A DNA stretch of 64,000 nucleotides from Chloroflexota bacterium (GTDB lineage Bacteria > Chloroflexota > Dehalococcoidia > UBA2979). Made by a program: the position numbers and the translations under genes. Below are positions 1 to 10,320 of this stretch, piece after piece. Under the pieces are notes generated by a model. The model had not been told where the DNA came from, searched no databases, and saw only the letters and a list, made by a program, of their open reading frames with translations. Position 1 is the stretch's first letter, and every line of letters starts with the position of its first letter. Location of the stretch: assembly GCA_947499615.1 (NCBI GenBank), contig CANMOP010000010.1, positions 2,306 to 66,305 of the forward strand, written 5' to 3'.

Positions 1-7
1 AGCAACG

Positions 8-1801
8 ATGACACAGGCCACCGAGCCGCGTATCCAGATTCCGCAGGCGGTCGCGGTCAAGGATCTTGCCGCCATGCTGCGGGTCACCCCAATCGACATC
101 ATCAAGGAATTGATGAAGAACGGGGTGATGGCGACCATCAACCAGGTCGTCGACTTCGATACCGCCGCCGTGGTGGCAACCGACCTCGGGTTCTCACCTG
201 AGGAGGAGGGCGCGGCCGCCGCAGTCGCGGCCCCGGCGGCCGACGGCGCCGCCGAGGCGGCCAGCACCTCCCGCCGCGTCATCGATGACGACCCGGACGC
301 CATGCCTCGACCGCCGGTCGTCACCGTGCTGGGCCACGTCGACCACGGCAAGACCACGCTGCTGGACAGCATCCGCCGCGCAAAGGTCGCTGCGGGCGAG
401 GCCGGCGGCATCACGCAGCACATCGGCGCGTACCAGGCAAAGGCGCCGGACGGCCGCACCGTGACGTTCATCGACACCCCCGGCCACGCCGCGTTCACGG
501 AGATGCGCGCCCGCGGTGCGCAGGTCACGGACGTCGCAATCGTCGTGGTGGCCGCGGACGACGGAGTGATGCCGCAGACCCGCGAGGCCATCGACCACGT
601 GAAGGCCGCCGGTGTCCCGATCGTGATCGCGCTGAACAAGATGGATGCGAACAACGCCAACCCTGACCGGGTAAAGCAGCAGTTGATGGAGATCGGTCTG
701 GTTCCGGAGGAGTACGGTGGCGACCAGATCGTCGTTCCCGTCTCTGCACTGCGCGGGGAGGGCATCGACGCACTCCTGGAGAACGTGCTGCTGGTCACGG
801 AGATGCAGGACCTGCGCGCGAACCCGAAGCGCGATGCCGTCGGCGTGGTACTGGAAGCCTCCACGGATCGCCATCGCGGCGTTGTGGCGACGGTGCTGGT
901 GCAGACCGGCACGCTACACGTCGGCGACACGATCATCGTTGGCCTCGCGTTCGGCAAGGTGAAGGCGATGAACGACGCCTCAGGCGGGCGCGTGAAGCAG
1001 GCCGGACCGTCGGAGCCCGTCATCGTGCTGGGCCTGAGCGATGTACCCCCGGCCGGCGAGCGCTTCACCGTGGTCGCCGACGAGAAGGCAGCGCGCGTGG
1101 AGACCGAGGCTCGCCGCCGCCTCGCGGAGGGCGACGGCGGTGTGACCGCAGCCGTGACGCTGGACAGCCTGTTCGGCGAGATCCATCGCGGCCGCGTACG
1201 TGACTTCAACATCGTGCTGAAGACGGACGTGCAGGGCTCCATCGACCCGCTGGTGCGCGCGCTGGAAGAACTGAGCGTGGAGGGGATCAACGTCAAGGTG
1301 ATCCACGCCTCGGCGGGCACCATCAACGACTCGGATGTGAACCTCGCGGTCGCGTCCAAGGGCGTAGTGATCGGCTTCAACACCGACCCGGAACCCGGCG
1401 CGCGACGGCTTGCGGACGTGCAGAAGGTGGAGATCCGCGAGTACCGGATCATCTACGACATCCTGGACGATGTGCAGCGCGCCGTGAACGGCCTGCTGGA
1501 GCCCGTGTTCGCGGAGCAGGAGGACGGGCGAGTCGAGGTGCGGCAGGTGTTCCGCGTCGCTCGCCGCAGCGCGATCGCTGGCTCGTACGTGCGCGAAGGC
1601 ACCATCCGCCGCAACTCGATGGCGCGCGTGCGCCGCGCCGGCGCCATCATCCACCAGGGCCGCATCGAGAGCCTGAAGCGCTTCGCAGAAGACGCGCGCG
1701 AGGTGGCCTCCGGCTTTGAGTGCGGGATCCAGATCGAGGGATTTGAGGACTTCATGGAAGGCGACGAGATCCTCGCGTACCACATGGAGCAGGTGCGATA
1801 A
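8..1801 (+). CDS. infB: Translation initiation factor IF-2
   Basis: [21 protein letters not shown] and NKMD GTPase motifs; IF-2 C-terminal ECGI; followed by rbfA-truB. Confidence 0.97.
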   Translation: MTQATEPRIQIPQAVAVKDLAAMLRVTPIDIIKELMKNGVMATINQVVDFDTAAVVATDLGFSPEEEGAAAAVAAPAADGAAEAASTSRRVIDDDPDAMPRPPVVTVLGHVDHGKTTLLDSIRRAKVAAGEAGGITQHIGAYQAKAPDGRTVTFIDTPGHAAFTEMRARGAQVTDVAIVVVAADDGVMPQTREAIDHVKAAGVPIVIALNKMDANNANPDRVKQQLMEIGLVPEEYGGDQIVVPVSALRGEGIDALLENVLLVTEMQDLRANPKRDAVGVVLEASTDRHRGVVATVLVQTGTLHVGDTIIVGLAFGKVKAMNDASGGRVKQAGPSEPVIVLGLSDVPPAGERFTVVADEKAARVETEARRRLAEGDGGVTAAVTLDSLFGEIHRGRVRDFNIVLKTDVQGSIDPLVRALEELSVEGINVKVIHASAGTINDSDVNLAVASKGVVIGFNTDPEPGARRLADVQKVEIREYRIIYDILDDVQRAVNGLLEPVFAEQEDGRVEVRQVFRVARRSAIAGSYVREGTIRRNSMARVRRAGAIIHQGRIESLKRFAEDAREVASGFECGIQIEGFEDFMEGDEILAYHMEQVR

Positions 1802-1805
1802 CGCC

Positions 1806-2237
1806 ATGACCCGCCGCATGGAAAAGGTCGCTGACCAGTTGCAGGTGGAGATCGCCGACCTGCTGCGGCGCGAGGTGAAACACCCCGCGCTGAGCGACGA
1901 TGTCCTGCTGTCGATCACGCGCGTGGACGTCGCGCCGGACCTCAGCACGGCGCGTATCCACGTCAGCGTCATGGCCACCGCCGTACGCGAAGCGGAGGTC
2001 ATGGAGGCGCTGACTCGTACGGCGCCGTTCCTCCATCGCTCGCTGGTCAAGCGCCTGCACATGCGGCAGGTGCCGCGGCTGCACTTCCTCATCGACCACT
2101 CGATCGCCGAGGGCGCACGCATGACGCACCGTCTGCGCGAAATCGCGCAGAGCGAGGGCCGCGAGCTCTCAGGCGCGCCGTCTGCACCGTCCGCACCGTC
2201 CGCGTCGCCCGTGTCGCCCGCGCCTGCCGACGACTGA
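1806..2237 (+). CDS. rbfA: Ribosome-binding factor A
   Basis: MTRRMEKV...ITRVDVAPDL...RQVPRLHF.D.S signature; canonical position after infB; ATG at 1806. Confidence 0.92.
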   Translation: MTRRMEKVADQLQVEIADLLRREVKHPALSDDVLLSITRVDVAPDLSTARIHVSVMATAVREAEVMEALTRTAPFLHRSLVKRLHMRQVPRLHFLIDHSIAEGARMTHRLREIAQSEGRELSGAPSAPSAPSASPVSPAPADD

Positions 2238-2273
2238 GCGGCGCTGACACCAAGGTCGTGGGGTCGCTCTGAC

Positions 2274-3245
2274 ATGCGCGGTTTCCTGAACATCGACAAG
2301 CCGATCGGCATCACATCGTTCGATGTGGTACGCGCGATCCGGCGCGCCAGCGGGGTAAAACGCGTCGGACACGCTGGTACGCTCGACCCGCTCGCCACCG
2401 GCGTGCTGCCCGTCGCCATCGGCGATGCCACGCGGCTCATCGATGGGCTGGTCGACGCCCGCAAGGCCTACCGCGCCGAGGTGACACTGGGCGTGGAGAC
2501 CGCGACCGACGACGCAGAGGCCGAACACGAGGCCACCTCGCGCGCGCCGGATGAAACCGTCGCTGCCCTAACCACCGCAGCGATCGAGCTCGCGCTCGCG
2601 ACGTTCGTCGGCGAGTCGATGCAGTTGCCGCCTGCGTTTAGCGCCATCAAGCAGGCCGGCCAGCCTGCCTACCGCGCCGCGCGCCGCGGCGAGCCACTGG
2701 AGCTTGCGCCGCGCCCGGTCGTCGCGCACGCGCTGCGCCTCATCAAGCGGCGTGGCCCGGTGCTGGTGATCGAGGTGGAATGTGGCAAGGGGTACTACGT
2801 GCGCGCCCTCGCACGCGACCTCGGGCGGGCGCTCGGAGTCGGCGGGCACGTCAGCGCGCTCCGTCGCACGCGTGTCGGCCCGTTCGAGGCGGCACAGGCC
2901 GTCCCCCTCGACGTCGCAACCGAAGTGCTGGCAGCGAGCCGCGCGGGGCTACCCGCTGCGCTGGATGTCCTGCTGCACGCGCCGGACGCGGTGCTCGTCG
3001 GCTGGCCGGTGATCATCCTCGACGACGTCGCACTCTCCGACGTCCAGATGGGGCGTGTGGTGCACCCGGAACCGCGACCGCTGTCGGGCGTGGACACGCC
3101 GCCAGCAGTGGGCCTGAAGGCCCGCGCGTACGCCGCCGACGGCGCACTGGCCGCGATCGCGGAGCACCAGGGGGACTGGGACTGGCACCCCGTGCGCGTG
3201 TTCGCACCCCTCGAGGCCTCGGCGTCAACCCCACCGGAGGTTTGA
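2274..3245 (+). CDS. truB: tRNA pseudouridine(55) synthase
   Basis: DKP, GHAGTLDPLATG, PPAFSAIK and CGKGYYVRAL motifs. Confidence 0.95.
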   Translation: MRGFLNIDKPIGITSFDVVRAIRRASGVKRVGHAGTLDPLATGVLPVAIGDATRLIDGLVDARKAYRAEVTLGVETATDDAEAEHEATSRAPDETVAALTTAAIELALATFVGESMQLPPAFSAIKQAGQPAYRAARRGEPLELAPRPVVAHALRLIKRRGPVLVIEVECGKGYYVRALARDLGRALGVGGHVSALRRTRVGPFEAAQAVPLDVATEVLAASRAGLPAALDVLLHAPDAVLVGWPVIILDDVALSDVQMGRVVHPEPRPLSGVDTPPAVGLKARAYAADGALAAIAEHQGDWDWHPVRVFAPLEASASTPPEV

Positions 3246-3351
3246 CACTGCTCCGGGCGGTGGGTTACCCATGAAGTCCCATTCCCCGGGGCGGCCCGTC
3301 AGGACTGGGACACACAGACCACAGAACACGGCTGCCACGCCAGGAGGATCC

Positions 3352-3495
3352 ATGGAAGCGTATTGCCTGAAGTGCCGCGAGAAGCGCGAGATGAAGGACC
3401 CGACCCAGGTCACGATGAAGAACGGTAAGCCCGCTGCGTCCGGCGTCTGCCCGGTCTGCAGCACCAAGATGTTCAAGATCGGCGCGACCGTCTAG
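3352..3495 (+). CDS. Small zinc-ribbon protein (DUF5679-like), 47 aa
   Basis: MEAYCLKC...GVCPVC..KMFKIG with two CxxC pairs; strong AGGAGG RBS at 3342-3347. Confidence 0.75.
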   Translation: MEAYCLKCREKREMKDPTQVTMKNGKPAASGVCPVCSTKMFKIGATV

Positions 3496-3547
3496 CCAGA
3501 CGCGACGGCCGAGCCACCTGCCGGGCGCGCATCAAGCCAGTGCACAC

Positions 3548-4465
3548 CTACACTGGGCGCGCCCGGCGGCTGCGCTCCTCCACCAGCCTCAGGAACGCCT
3601 GCGCCCGCGCGTGCGGGGGTGCCGAGGCTCGCCACAGCGCGTACAACGCGCGCTCCGCCACCAGCGGCCCACGTCGACCGCGCAGGGCGGCGTCATGCCC
3701 CTCGGCAACCGCAGCGGGCAGCACACTCCACCCCAGGCCCAGCACCACCATCTGCCGCAGCACGTCCGGGTTCCCACTCTCCAACATGACGCGCGGCCGA
3801 ATCTCCAGGCCCGCGAGTCCTGCATCGATCAACGCGCGCGTGCGCGACCCCGGCTCGTAGAGCGCCCACTCGGCGTCCGCGGGCGGATGCTGCGGGTCGT
3901 CGGCGCCGGGCGGGGCGTACACGTGCAGCGGCTCGCGCTGCACCTCCACGCCCGCGAGATCGGCCTCTGCTGGCCCGATCGCAAACACGAGGTCGAACTC
4001 GAACGCTCTCAACTGCGCCACAAGCTCGGTGCTGTTGCCGACCCGCAGCGTCAGGTCGACGTCCGGGTAGGCCGCGCGGTATGCCTGAATCACGTCGGGG
4101 AGCGCGTACAGACTGGCAGCATCGATCATGCCGACGCGCAACGCGCCACGCTCCCCCCCCGCGCGCGCATCCAGCCGCTCGCCCAGCTCGCCTGCTTCTG
4201 CGAGTACACGCTCCGCGAACGCCAGCACCTCGTGCCCATCGGCCGTGAGCCGACGCTGGCGACCCGCCGGCTCGAAGAGTGCAACGCCGAGGCGACGCTC
4301 CAACTCGGCGAGCGCCTGGGAGAGCGCGGGCTGACTGACGCCCAGCACCACCGCCGCCTGCGTGAACGATTGCTGTCGCGCCGCCTCACGCAGGTAGGCG
4401 AGCTGTCGAATGCTGACGGCGCCAAGGGCGCGAGCGACGTTCAGGCGAATGGGTGGCAATGTCAT
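3548..4465 (-). CDS. LysR-family transcriptional regulator
   Basis: SFTQAA..LGVSQPALSQ..ELE..LG..LF N-terminal HTH; about 300 aa; divergent from ino1. Confidence 0.92.
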   Translation of the reverse strand: MTLPPIRLNVARALGAVSIRQLAYLREAARQQSFTQAAVVLGVSQPALSQALAELERRLGVALFEPAGRQRRLTADGHEVLAFAERVLAEAGELGERLDARAGGERGALRVGMIDAASLYALPDVIQAYRAAYPDVDLTLRVGNSTELVAQLRAFEFDLVFAIGPAEADLAGVEVQREPLHVYAPPGADDPQHPPADAEWALYEPGSRTRALIDAGLAGLEIRPRVMLESGNPDVLRQMVVLGLGWSVLPAAVAEGHDAALRGRRGPLVAERALYALWRASAPPHARAQAFLRLVEERSRRARPV

Positions 4466-4471
4466 GCGCCA

Positions 4472-4540
4472 ATCATAGCAATATCCTATGTATTCAATGC
4501 ATTAGTTTTACTTGTCCAATGTGTTCGCGACCCATATCGT
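4472..4540. promoter_or_regulatory. Divergent LysR/ino1 control region with LysR box
   Basis: ATAG-N7-CTAT (T-N11-A) at 4475-4489; TTGTCC-N17-TATCGT at 4512-4540 facing ino1; TG-n-TATGAT on the minus strand 6 nt before the LysR ATG; AT-rich patch. Confidence 0.6.
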
Positions 4541-4624
4541 TGAATGGTGGCGCATGAGCGCGCCGCTGGAGCGTGCACACGCTCGCGTCGCGCAGCCACG
4601 GGCTGCGAAGAAGGGTGGAGCCGA

Positions 4625-5698
4625 GTGGCTGACGAGAAGATCAACGTAGCGGTCATCGGCGTCGGCAACTGCGCCTCATCGCTGATCCAGGGCGTGGAGT
4701 TCTACAAGGGCGCGGAGGACGGCGAGTCGATCCCCGGCCTGATGCACCCGGTGCTCGCCGGGTACCACATCCGGGACATCAACTTCACCGCCGCGTTCGA
4801 CATCGACGTCAACAAGGTCGGCAAGGACCTCTCCGAGGCGATTTACGCTGAGCCCAACAACACCATCAAGTTCGCTGACGTGCCGAAGAGCGGCGTAACC
4901 GTCTCTCGCGGCATGACGCACGACGGACTCGGAAAGTACCTGTCCGAGATCATCACGAAGGCGCCCGGCCCGACGGCGGACATCGTCAACATCCTGAAGA
5001 GCACCAACACCCACGTGGTGATCAACTACCTCCCCGTCGGCTCCGAGGAGGCGACGAAGTGGTACGTGGAGCAGGTGCTGGCCGCGGGCTGCGCCTTCAT
5101 CAACTGCATCCCGGTCTTTATCGCGCGGGAGGAGTACTGGGGCAACCGCTTCAAGGAGCGCAACCTCCCGATCATCGGCGACGACATCAAGTCGCAGGTC
5201 GGCGCCACGATCCTGCACCGAGTGCTGGCGCGGCTCTTTCAGGATCGCGGCGTGCGCATTGACCGCACGTACCAACTGAATTTCGGCGGCAACACCGACT
5301 TCCTCAACATGCTCGAGCGCGAACGACTGCTGTCGAAGAAGATATCCAAGACGAACGCGGTCACCTCGCAGATCGACTACGTGCTGCCGACCGCCGATGT
5401 GCACGTTGGGCCGTCGGACCACGTGCCGTGGTTGCAGGACCGCAAGTGGTGCCACATCCGCATCGAGGGCACCACGTTCGGTGACGTGCCACTGACGCTG
5501 GAGACGAAGCTCGAGGTGTGGGACAGCCCGAACTCCGCGGGCGTGGTCATCGACGCGATTCGCTGCGCGAAGCTCGCGCTCGACCGTGGCATCGGCGGCC
5601 CGCTGCTGGAGCCGTCCGCATACTTCATGAAGTCCCCGCCGCAGCAGGTCCATGACGACGAGGCGCGCGACAACCTCGAGGCGTTCATCGCGGGCTAG
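4625..5698 (+). CDS. ino1: myo-inositol-1-phosphate synthase
   Basis: [31 protein letters not shown] and WDSPNSAG motifs; GTG start at 4625. Confidence 0.95.
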   Translation: MADEKINVAVIGVGNCASSLIQGVEFYKGAEDGESIPGLMHPVLAGYHIRDINFTAAFDIDVNKVGKDLSEAIYAEPNNTIKFADVPKSGVTVSRGMTHDGLGKYLSEIITKAPGPTADIVNILKSTNTHVVINYLPVGSEEATKWYVEQVLAAGCAFINCIPVFIAREEYWGNRFKERNLPIIGDDIKSQVGATILHRVLARLFQDRGVRIDRTYQLNFGGNTDFLNMLERERLLSKKISKTNAVTSQIDYVLPTADVHVGPSDHVPWLQDRKWCHIRIEGTTFGDVPLTLETKLEVWDSPNSAGVVIDAIRCAKLALDRGIGGPLLEPSAYFMKSPPQQVHDDEARDNLEAFIAG

Positions 5699-5717
5699 GC
5701 CGGATGCGGAGCGCCCA

Positions 5718-6638
5718 GTGCATCGGTACTGGCGGTCTGCGACGTGGACGGTGGTCTACTGGGCAGTGCGTGGTGCAGCGGCGCTGGCGCGCGCGGCCCC
5801 GCTCTGGCTCTCCTATCGAGTGGGGCGTGCGGCCGGTGTGCTGGCGTACTACGCCTGGGCCGGTGGCCGTCGACGCAGCATCGCCAACATGCGGCACGTG
5901 CTGCGCGACGACCCTGACGCCGACGCGCGTGCCCGCAGCCTCGCTCGCCAATCCTTCGCCAACTACGGCGCGTATCTCGTCGACTTCCTCCGCTTCACCG
6001 CGATCAACGCACAGCAGGTACGCGCGCGCGTGCACTTCGATGGCTGGGAGCGCATCGACGCGGAACGCGCTGCCGGACGCGGCATCGTCTTCGTGACCAT
6101 GCACTACGGGAACTGGGACCTCGGCGCTGCCGCTATCGCGGCGCACGGCACGCCGATCACCGTCGTCGCCGACCGCTTCCCCGACTCGAGGCTGGACGAA
6201 CTGGTGCTCGGCGCGCGCCGCCACCTCGGCATGACGATCGTGCCTGCCGAGCGCGTGGGGCCGAGCCTCTTGCGCGCGCTCCGACGTCGCCATGTCATCG
6301 CAATACTGATCGACGTGCCACCGCCCGATGACGCAGGGATCGAAGTGGAATTCTTCGGCGCTCCGATGCGTGTCGCGGACGGTGCGGCCTGCCTCGCGCT
6401 GCGTTCCGGCGCGGCGGTATTCGCTGTGACGCTCCCGCGCACGCAGCCGATGAGCGAACATGTTCATGTGGCGTGGGAGCAGATCGACGTGGCGCCCACC
6501 GGCGATCCCACCTTCGATGCGCAGGCGCTCACGCAAGCGACCATGCGAGCACTGTAACGCCAGGTGGAGCGCGCACCGGAGCAGTGGTACATCTTCCGCT
6601 CGCTCTGGACCGCCGACCGCGCCGTCCGGCCACGATGA
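5718..6638 (+). pseudogene. PatA/LpxL-family (phosphatidylinositol mannoside-type) acyltransferase with premature stop
   Basis: HYGNWD (HX4D) motif; TAA at 6555-6557 is followed in frame by RQVERAPEQWYIFRSLW, the family C-terminal PEQW motif, ending at TGA 6636-6638. Confidence 0.75.
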
Positions 6639-6651
6639 CACGGCGGCGTCG

Positions 6652-6741
6652 ATGATTCAGTACGCGCTGCTTCGGTTCCTTATGGCGGCCAGCGTCCTGC
6701 TGCCCGGCCGCTTGCTGATCGCCGGAGCGAACGTGCTGGGC
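6652..6741 (+). pseudogene. 5' remnant of a probable second acyltransferase/membrane protein
   Basis: MIQYALLRFLMAASVLLPGRLLIAGANVLG resembles the N-terminal membrane helix of this acyltransferase family; the frame then loses protein-like character. Confidence 0.4.
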
Positions 6742-6742
6742 A

Positions 6743-7420
6743 AGCCCCGCGCTCACACCACTGCCGGAATTCGACGACGGCGCGATCAACGTGCTGTACG
6801 TGGGACGCGCCGAAAAGCGGAAAGGCCTGCCGTACCTGCTTCGGGCGTTCAGGATGCTGCACGCCCGCATCCCCGCCACGCGTCTCATCGTCGTGGGACC
6901 GGATTCGCGGCGCCTTCGCCGCTACCGTGCCACGATCGGGCAGGAGGCCGGACCGAGCATCGTCTTCGTCGATGGCGTATCGAACGTCGACCTGCCGCGC
7001 TACCACCGCAGCGCGCACATCTTCTGCTCGCCTGCCACCGGCAACGAATCGCAGGGATATGTGCTGCTTGAGGCGATGTCTGCCGCCCTGCCAGTCGTCG
7101 CATCGAACATCGAGGGGTACGCTTCTGTCCTGAGCCACGGGGTGGAAGGGCTGCTGGTGCCGCCGAAGGACTCATCTGCGTTGGCTGACGTGCTGACCGC
7201 ACTGGCGCGTGACCCCGGTGCGCGCCAGCGCCTGGGCCGAGCCGGACAGCTCCGCGCGGAGGAGTACTCTTGGCCCCGGGTGACGCAACAGTTCATCTCC
7301 TACTACGATCGGCTGCGGACGGAGCGTGCCCTGACCACTGGACGCGTGGCCGCAGCGGGAACCGTGACCGCGGACATGGATGCGAGAGCAGAGGGGAGGT
7401 GGATGCAATGGCGCGCGTGA
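6743..7420 (+). pseudogene. GT4 (PimA-like) glycosyltransferase, C-terminal domain only
   Basis: SPALTPLPEFDDGAINVLYVGRAEKRKG...ESQGYVLLEAM (EX7E); in-frame TGA at 6716-6718, so the N-terminal GT-B domain is absent. Confidence 0.75.
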
Positions 7421-8013
7421 CCACCTTCCGGCTTCTGCCGTCGCGCCTCCCGGCCTTCGTGCTGGCGCCTATCGTGCGTCGGCTGGCAGCCGCGGGCGTG
7501 ACGCCCATGGCGCTCTCGCTGGCCGGACTGGCCGGCAACGCCGCGGCGGCCATCGTGATCTCGCAGGGTGCGCTCTTCATAGGCGGCACGATCATGCTGC
7601 TCGCCAGCGCGCTCGATCTGTTGGACGGCGCGCTCGCCCGTGCAACCAATACCGCATCTCCGGCAGGGGCACTGATCGATTCCACGCTGGACCGCGCATC
7701 GGAAGCAGTGGTGCTCCTCGGGGCGTTCATGTACGTGCTCGGCACCCGCAACGACACTGCGGCAGTGCTCGCGTTCGTCGCCGTGGTCGGGTCGCTGATG
7801 GTCTCCTACGTGCGCGCGCGCGCCGAGGGACTGGGCGTCGAGATGACTGACGGGCTGTTCACACGCCCGGAACGCGTGCTGTTGCTGGGTAGCGCACTGA
7901 TCCTCGGTTACCTCACGATCGCACTGTGGGTGCTGGCCGTGCTCACCACTCTCACCGCGCTCCAGCGGCTGCTCATTGGCATTCGACTACTGCAGCGGCA
8001 CGGTCGCCGATGA
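7408..8013 (+). CDS. CDP-alcohol phosphatidyltransferase (phosphatidylinositol-phosphate synthase-like)
   Basis: DLLDGALAR...GALIDSTLDR signature plus SYVRARAE; in operon with ino1. Confidence 0.88.
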   Translation: MARVTTFRLLPSRLPAFVLAPIVRRLAAAGVTPMALSLAGLAGNAAAAIVISQGALFIGGTIMLLASALDLLDGALARATNTASPAGALIDSTLDRASEAVVLLGAFMYVLGTRNDTAAVLAFVAVVGSLMVSYVRARAEGLGVEMTDGLFTRPERVLLLGSALILGYLTIALWVLAVLTTLTALQRLLIGIRLLQRHGRR

Positions 8014-8840
8014 CAACTTCCGATACCGGTTTCGACAGTGAGGCGCAGGAAGCCGTCCTGAAGTTCCTCGACCAGCGCCTACACGCGCCGGTGGCGCTCG
8101 ACGTCTGGTCGCGCAAGGAATCGCCGCTGCTGCTGACGGATCGCGACCCCGCGACGCACGCGGCCGAGGTGGTCGCGCTCGCCCGCCAGTTGTCGGCGCT
8201 GCACCCGGCGTTCCGCCTCACGCTGTACGACCTGGATCGCCACGCGGGCCGCGCCGTCGAGGCCGGCATCGACCGCGCGCCCACCACGGTGTTTCGGGGC
8301 ATCAACGGCCGAGAGTTGCGATTCGTCGGGGCGTGGACCGGGGCGTTGTTCCAGTCTGTGCTGGAATCAATCGCATTCCTCGGCTCCGGCGAGAGCCCGC
8401 TCAGTGACGACAGCACGGCCACGCTCGCCGCGCTCGAGCGCGACGTGACCATCGACGTGCTCGGCGCGATGTACGACGGCCACTCGGCGCACATGCTGCG
8501 CCTGATCGCCGCGCTCGCGGTCGCGTCACGCCACGTGCGAGCGACGTTCACCGAGCTGGTGGAGTACCCAATCTTCGCAGCCAGTCGAAACGTGGATCAG
8601 GTGCCCGTGGTGACGGTCGGCGGCATCGCCAGCCTCGGGACGTGGGGCGAAGCGGAACTCGTCGAGTGGGTGCGCCGCGTCGCCGCCGGTGACGACCGCG
8701 AGGTGGAGCGGCCGGCCGTGCTGACCTCGCCGTACTACACCCAGGCCGACGTCGACCGCCTCATGGCGGAGGACGCAGCATCGTCCACGCCACCGGAACT
8801 GCCACCAACGCCGGGTGGGTTGTACATTCCCGGCCGCTGA
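8010..8840 (+). CDS. Two-domain thioredoxin-fold (PDO/AhpF-NTD-like) protein lacking cysteines
   Basis: GIDRAP and VDQVP cis-Pro-like motifs; ELVEYP; ATGA overlap with the upstream gene; no Cys in the sequence. Confidence 0.55.
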   Translation: MTTSDTGFDSEAQEAVLKFLDQRLHAPVALDVWSRKESPLLLTDRDPATHAAEVVALARQLSALHPAFRLTLYDLDRHAGRAVEAGIDRAPTTVFRGINGRELRFVGAWTGALFQSVLESIAFLGSGESPLSDDSTATLAALERDVTIDVLGAMYDGHSAHMLRLIAALAVASRHVRATFTELVEYPIFAASRNVDQVPVVTVGGIASLGTWGEAELVEWVRRVAAGDDREVERPAVLTSPYYTQADVDRLMAEDAASSTPPELPPTPGGLYIPGR

Positions 8841-8922
8841 TCCGGGGCCACAGCGCCGCGAATGATCCGCGCAACGGGTGCGCGCTCACCCCAGCCCTGC
8901 GAACCTACCGAATCGACGTCGA

Positions 8923-10320
8923 CTACGACCCAGAGCCGCGCTGCCGCAACAGATAGACACCGCCGCCGCCAAGGCTGACCACGAGCAGCGCCGTCACGGC
9001 GATCACGACGATCACCGCCGTCCGAGGGCCGCCCGCGGCCGTCGCTCCACCCGCCGTGGTGTCCCCACTGCTGGAACCAGCCTCGGCAGTGGCGGCGACG
9101 CCGCCGCCAGTCGGGACGCCCAGCGGGACGCGAGTGGCCTGTGTAGAGGGCGCTGCTGCCACCTCGGAGGGGGCGCTGACCGCAACCGGCTTCATGCCGT
9201 TCTTTTGCCGCCAGGCGTTGTACAGGCCGTCCTGGTCAAACACGTACACCTTCTTGAGCGCGTCATCGATGCGCGCGCCCTCCTTCACGGTGGAGTACAG
9301 GGCGGCGAACTTGTCGCGCCCGAACTCATCGACCATGAACTTCACCGTGGACCACGACTGCCCGTAGAACAGGTCGACTTCCTCCGGGCGACCGGGCGAG
9401 CTCTGCATCGAGCGCAGCACCAGGGCGCGATCGGATTGGATCGCCAGGTTCACGGAGGTGCGGTAGCCGAAGCCCGGGTCTTTCTGCATGTAGACCGCGG
9501 TACCCTCGTCGAGCCACGACGGCACGCCGCCGAACGGCCCGTCGCCCGCGACGTGCGTCACCACGTGCGCCACCTCGTGGCGAATCACGTCCGGGTCCTT
9601 CACGTTGTCGAAGACGTGCAGCACGTCCGGCGCCACACGCTGACCACCAGTGCGCACCTGTGCATCGAAGGCGGCGCTTTGTTGGCGCATCGCCAACTTG
9701 CCCTCTTCTTCGGAGTGGAAAATGATCAACCGGATCGGATACTGCACCTTCTTGCCAAGGAGGGCCGCCGTGTCGTCGAGGGACGAGCGGGCGGCCAGCA
9801 GTGCGGCGCGCGCGGCAGTCTCAGTGGGACCGTAGTAGTAGACCGTCACGCCGGTGTCGGCTACGGACTGCCACTGGTAGCGGCCGTCCATGAACACGTA
9901 CTGCTGTTCCGCAGTCACGACCGCCGGGCCCTCGTTCGGCACGATGTTCCAGCGGTACGTGAAGATCGAGCCCACCGGAATGTAGCGCTGGTTGTCGCGC
10001 GTACCGAGCGAGAAGTTCAGGTCCGTTTGCGCGCCGGCCGTCACTTGCGCCTCACCGCCGCCCCCGACGGCGCCGCTGGTCGCGTTCAGCACGCTGTACT
10101 CCAGGCGCGCGCTTTTCACTCCCCCGGGCGCACGCACCCGCGTCGAGAAGCTAATACTGCTTGGATCCTTGGAGGTCACCGTTGTCTCGCCCGGTTGGAC
10201 GCTCTGTGCACTCGCTTCGCGCGCGGGCGTCAGGACGGCGACTCCCAGCAGCACCGAGGCCACTACCAGACCGATTCGGAGTAACGCGTGACGGCCGAGC
10301 AGTGTGGGCAACCGCATCAT
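8923..10320 (-). CDS. Exported zinc metallopeptidase (peptidase MA-like) with C-terminal membrane anchor
   Basis: Signal peptide; HEVAH...WLDEG gluzincin motif; FYGQS; low-complexity linker and C-terminal TM helix; start overlaps the prfB stop. Confidence 0.75.
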   Translation of the reverse strand: MMRLPTLLGRHALLRIGLVVASVLLGVAVLTPAREASAQSVQPGETTVTSKDPSSISFSTRVRAPGGVKSARLEYSVLNATSGAVGGGGEAQVTAGAQTDLNFSLGTRDNQRYIPVGSIFTYRWNIVPNEGPAVVTAEQQYVFMDGRYQWQSVADTGVTVYYYGPTETAARAALLAARSSLDDTAALLGKKVQYPIRLIIFHSEEEGKLAMRQQSAAFDAQVRTGGQRVAPDVLHVFDNVKDPDVIRHEVAHVVTHVAGDGPFGGVPSWLDEGTAVYMQKDPGFGYRTSVNLAIQSDRALVLRSMQSSPGRPEEVDLFYGQSWSTVKFMVDEFGRDKFAALYSTVKEGARIDDALKKVYVFDQDGLYNAWRQKNGMKPVAVSAPSEVAAAPSTQATRVPLGVPTGGGVAATAEAGSSSGDTTAGGATAAGGPRTAVIVVIAVTALLVVSLGGGGVYLLRQRGSGS

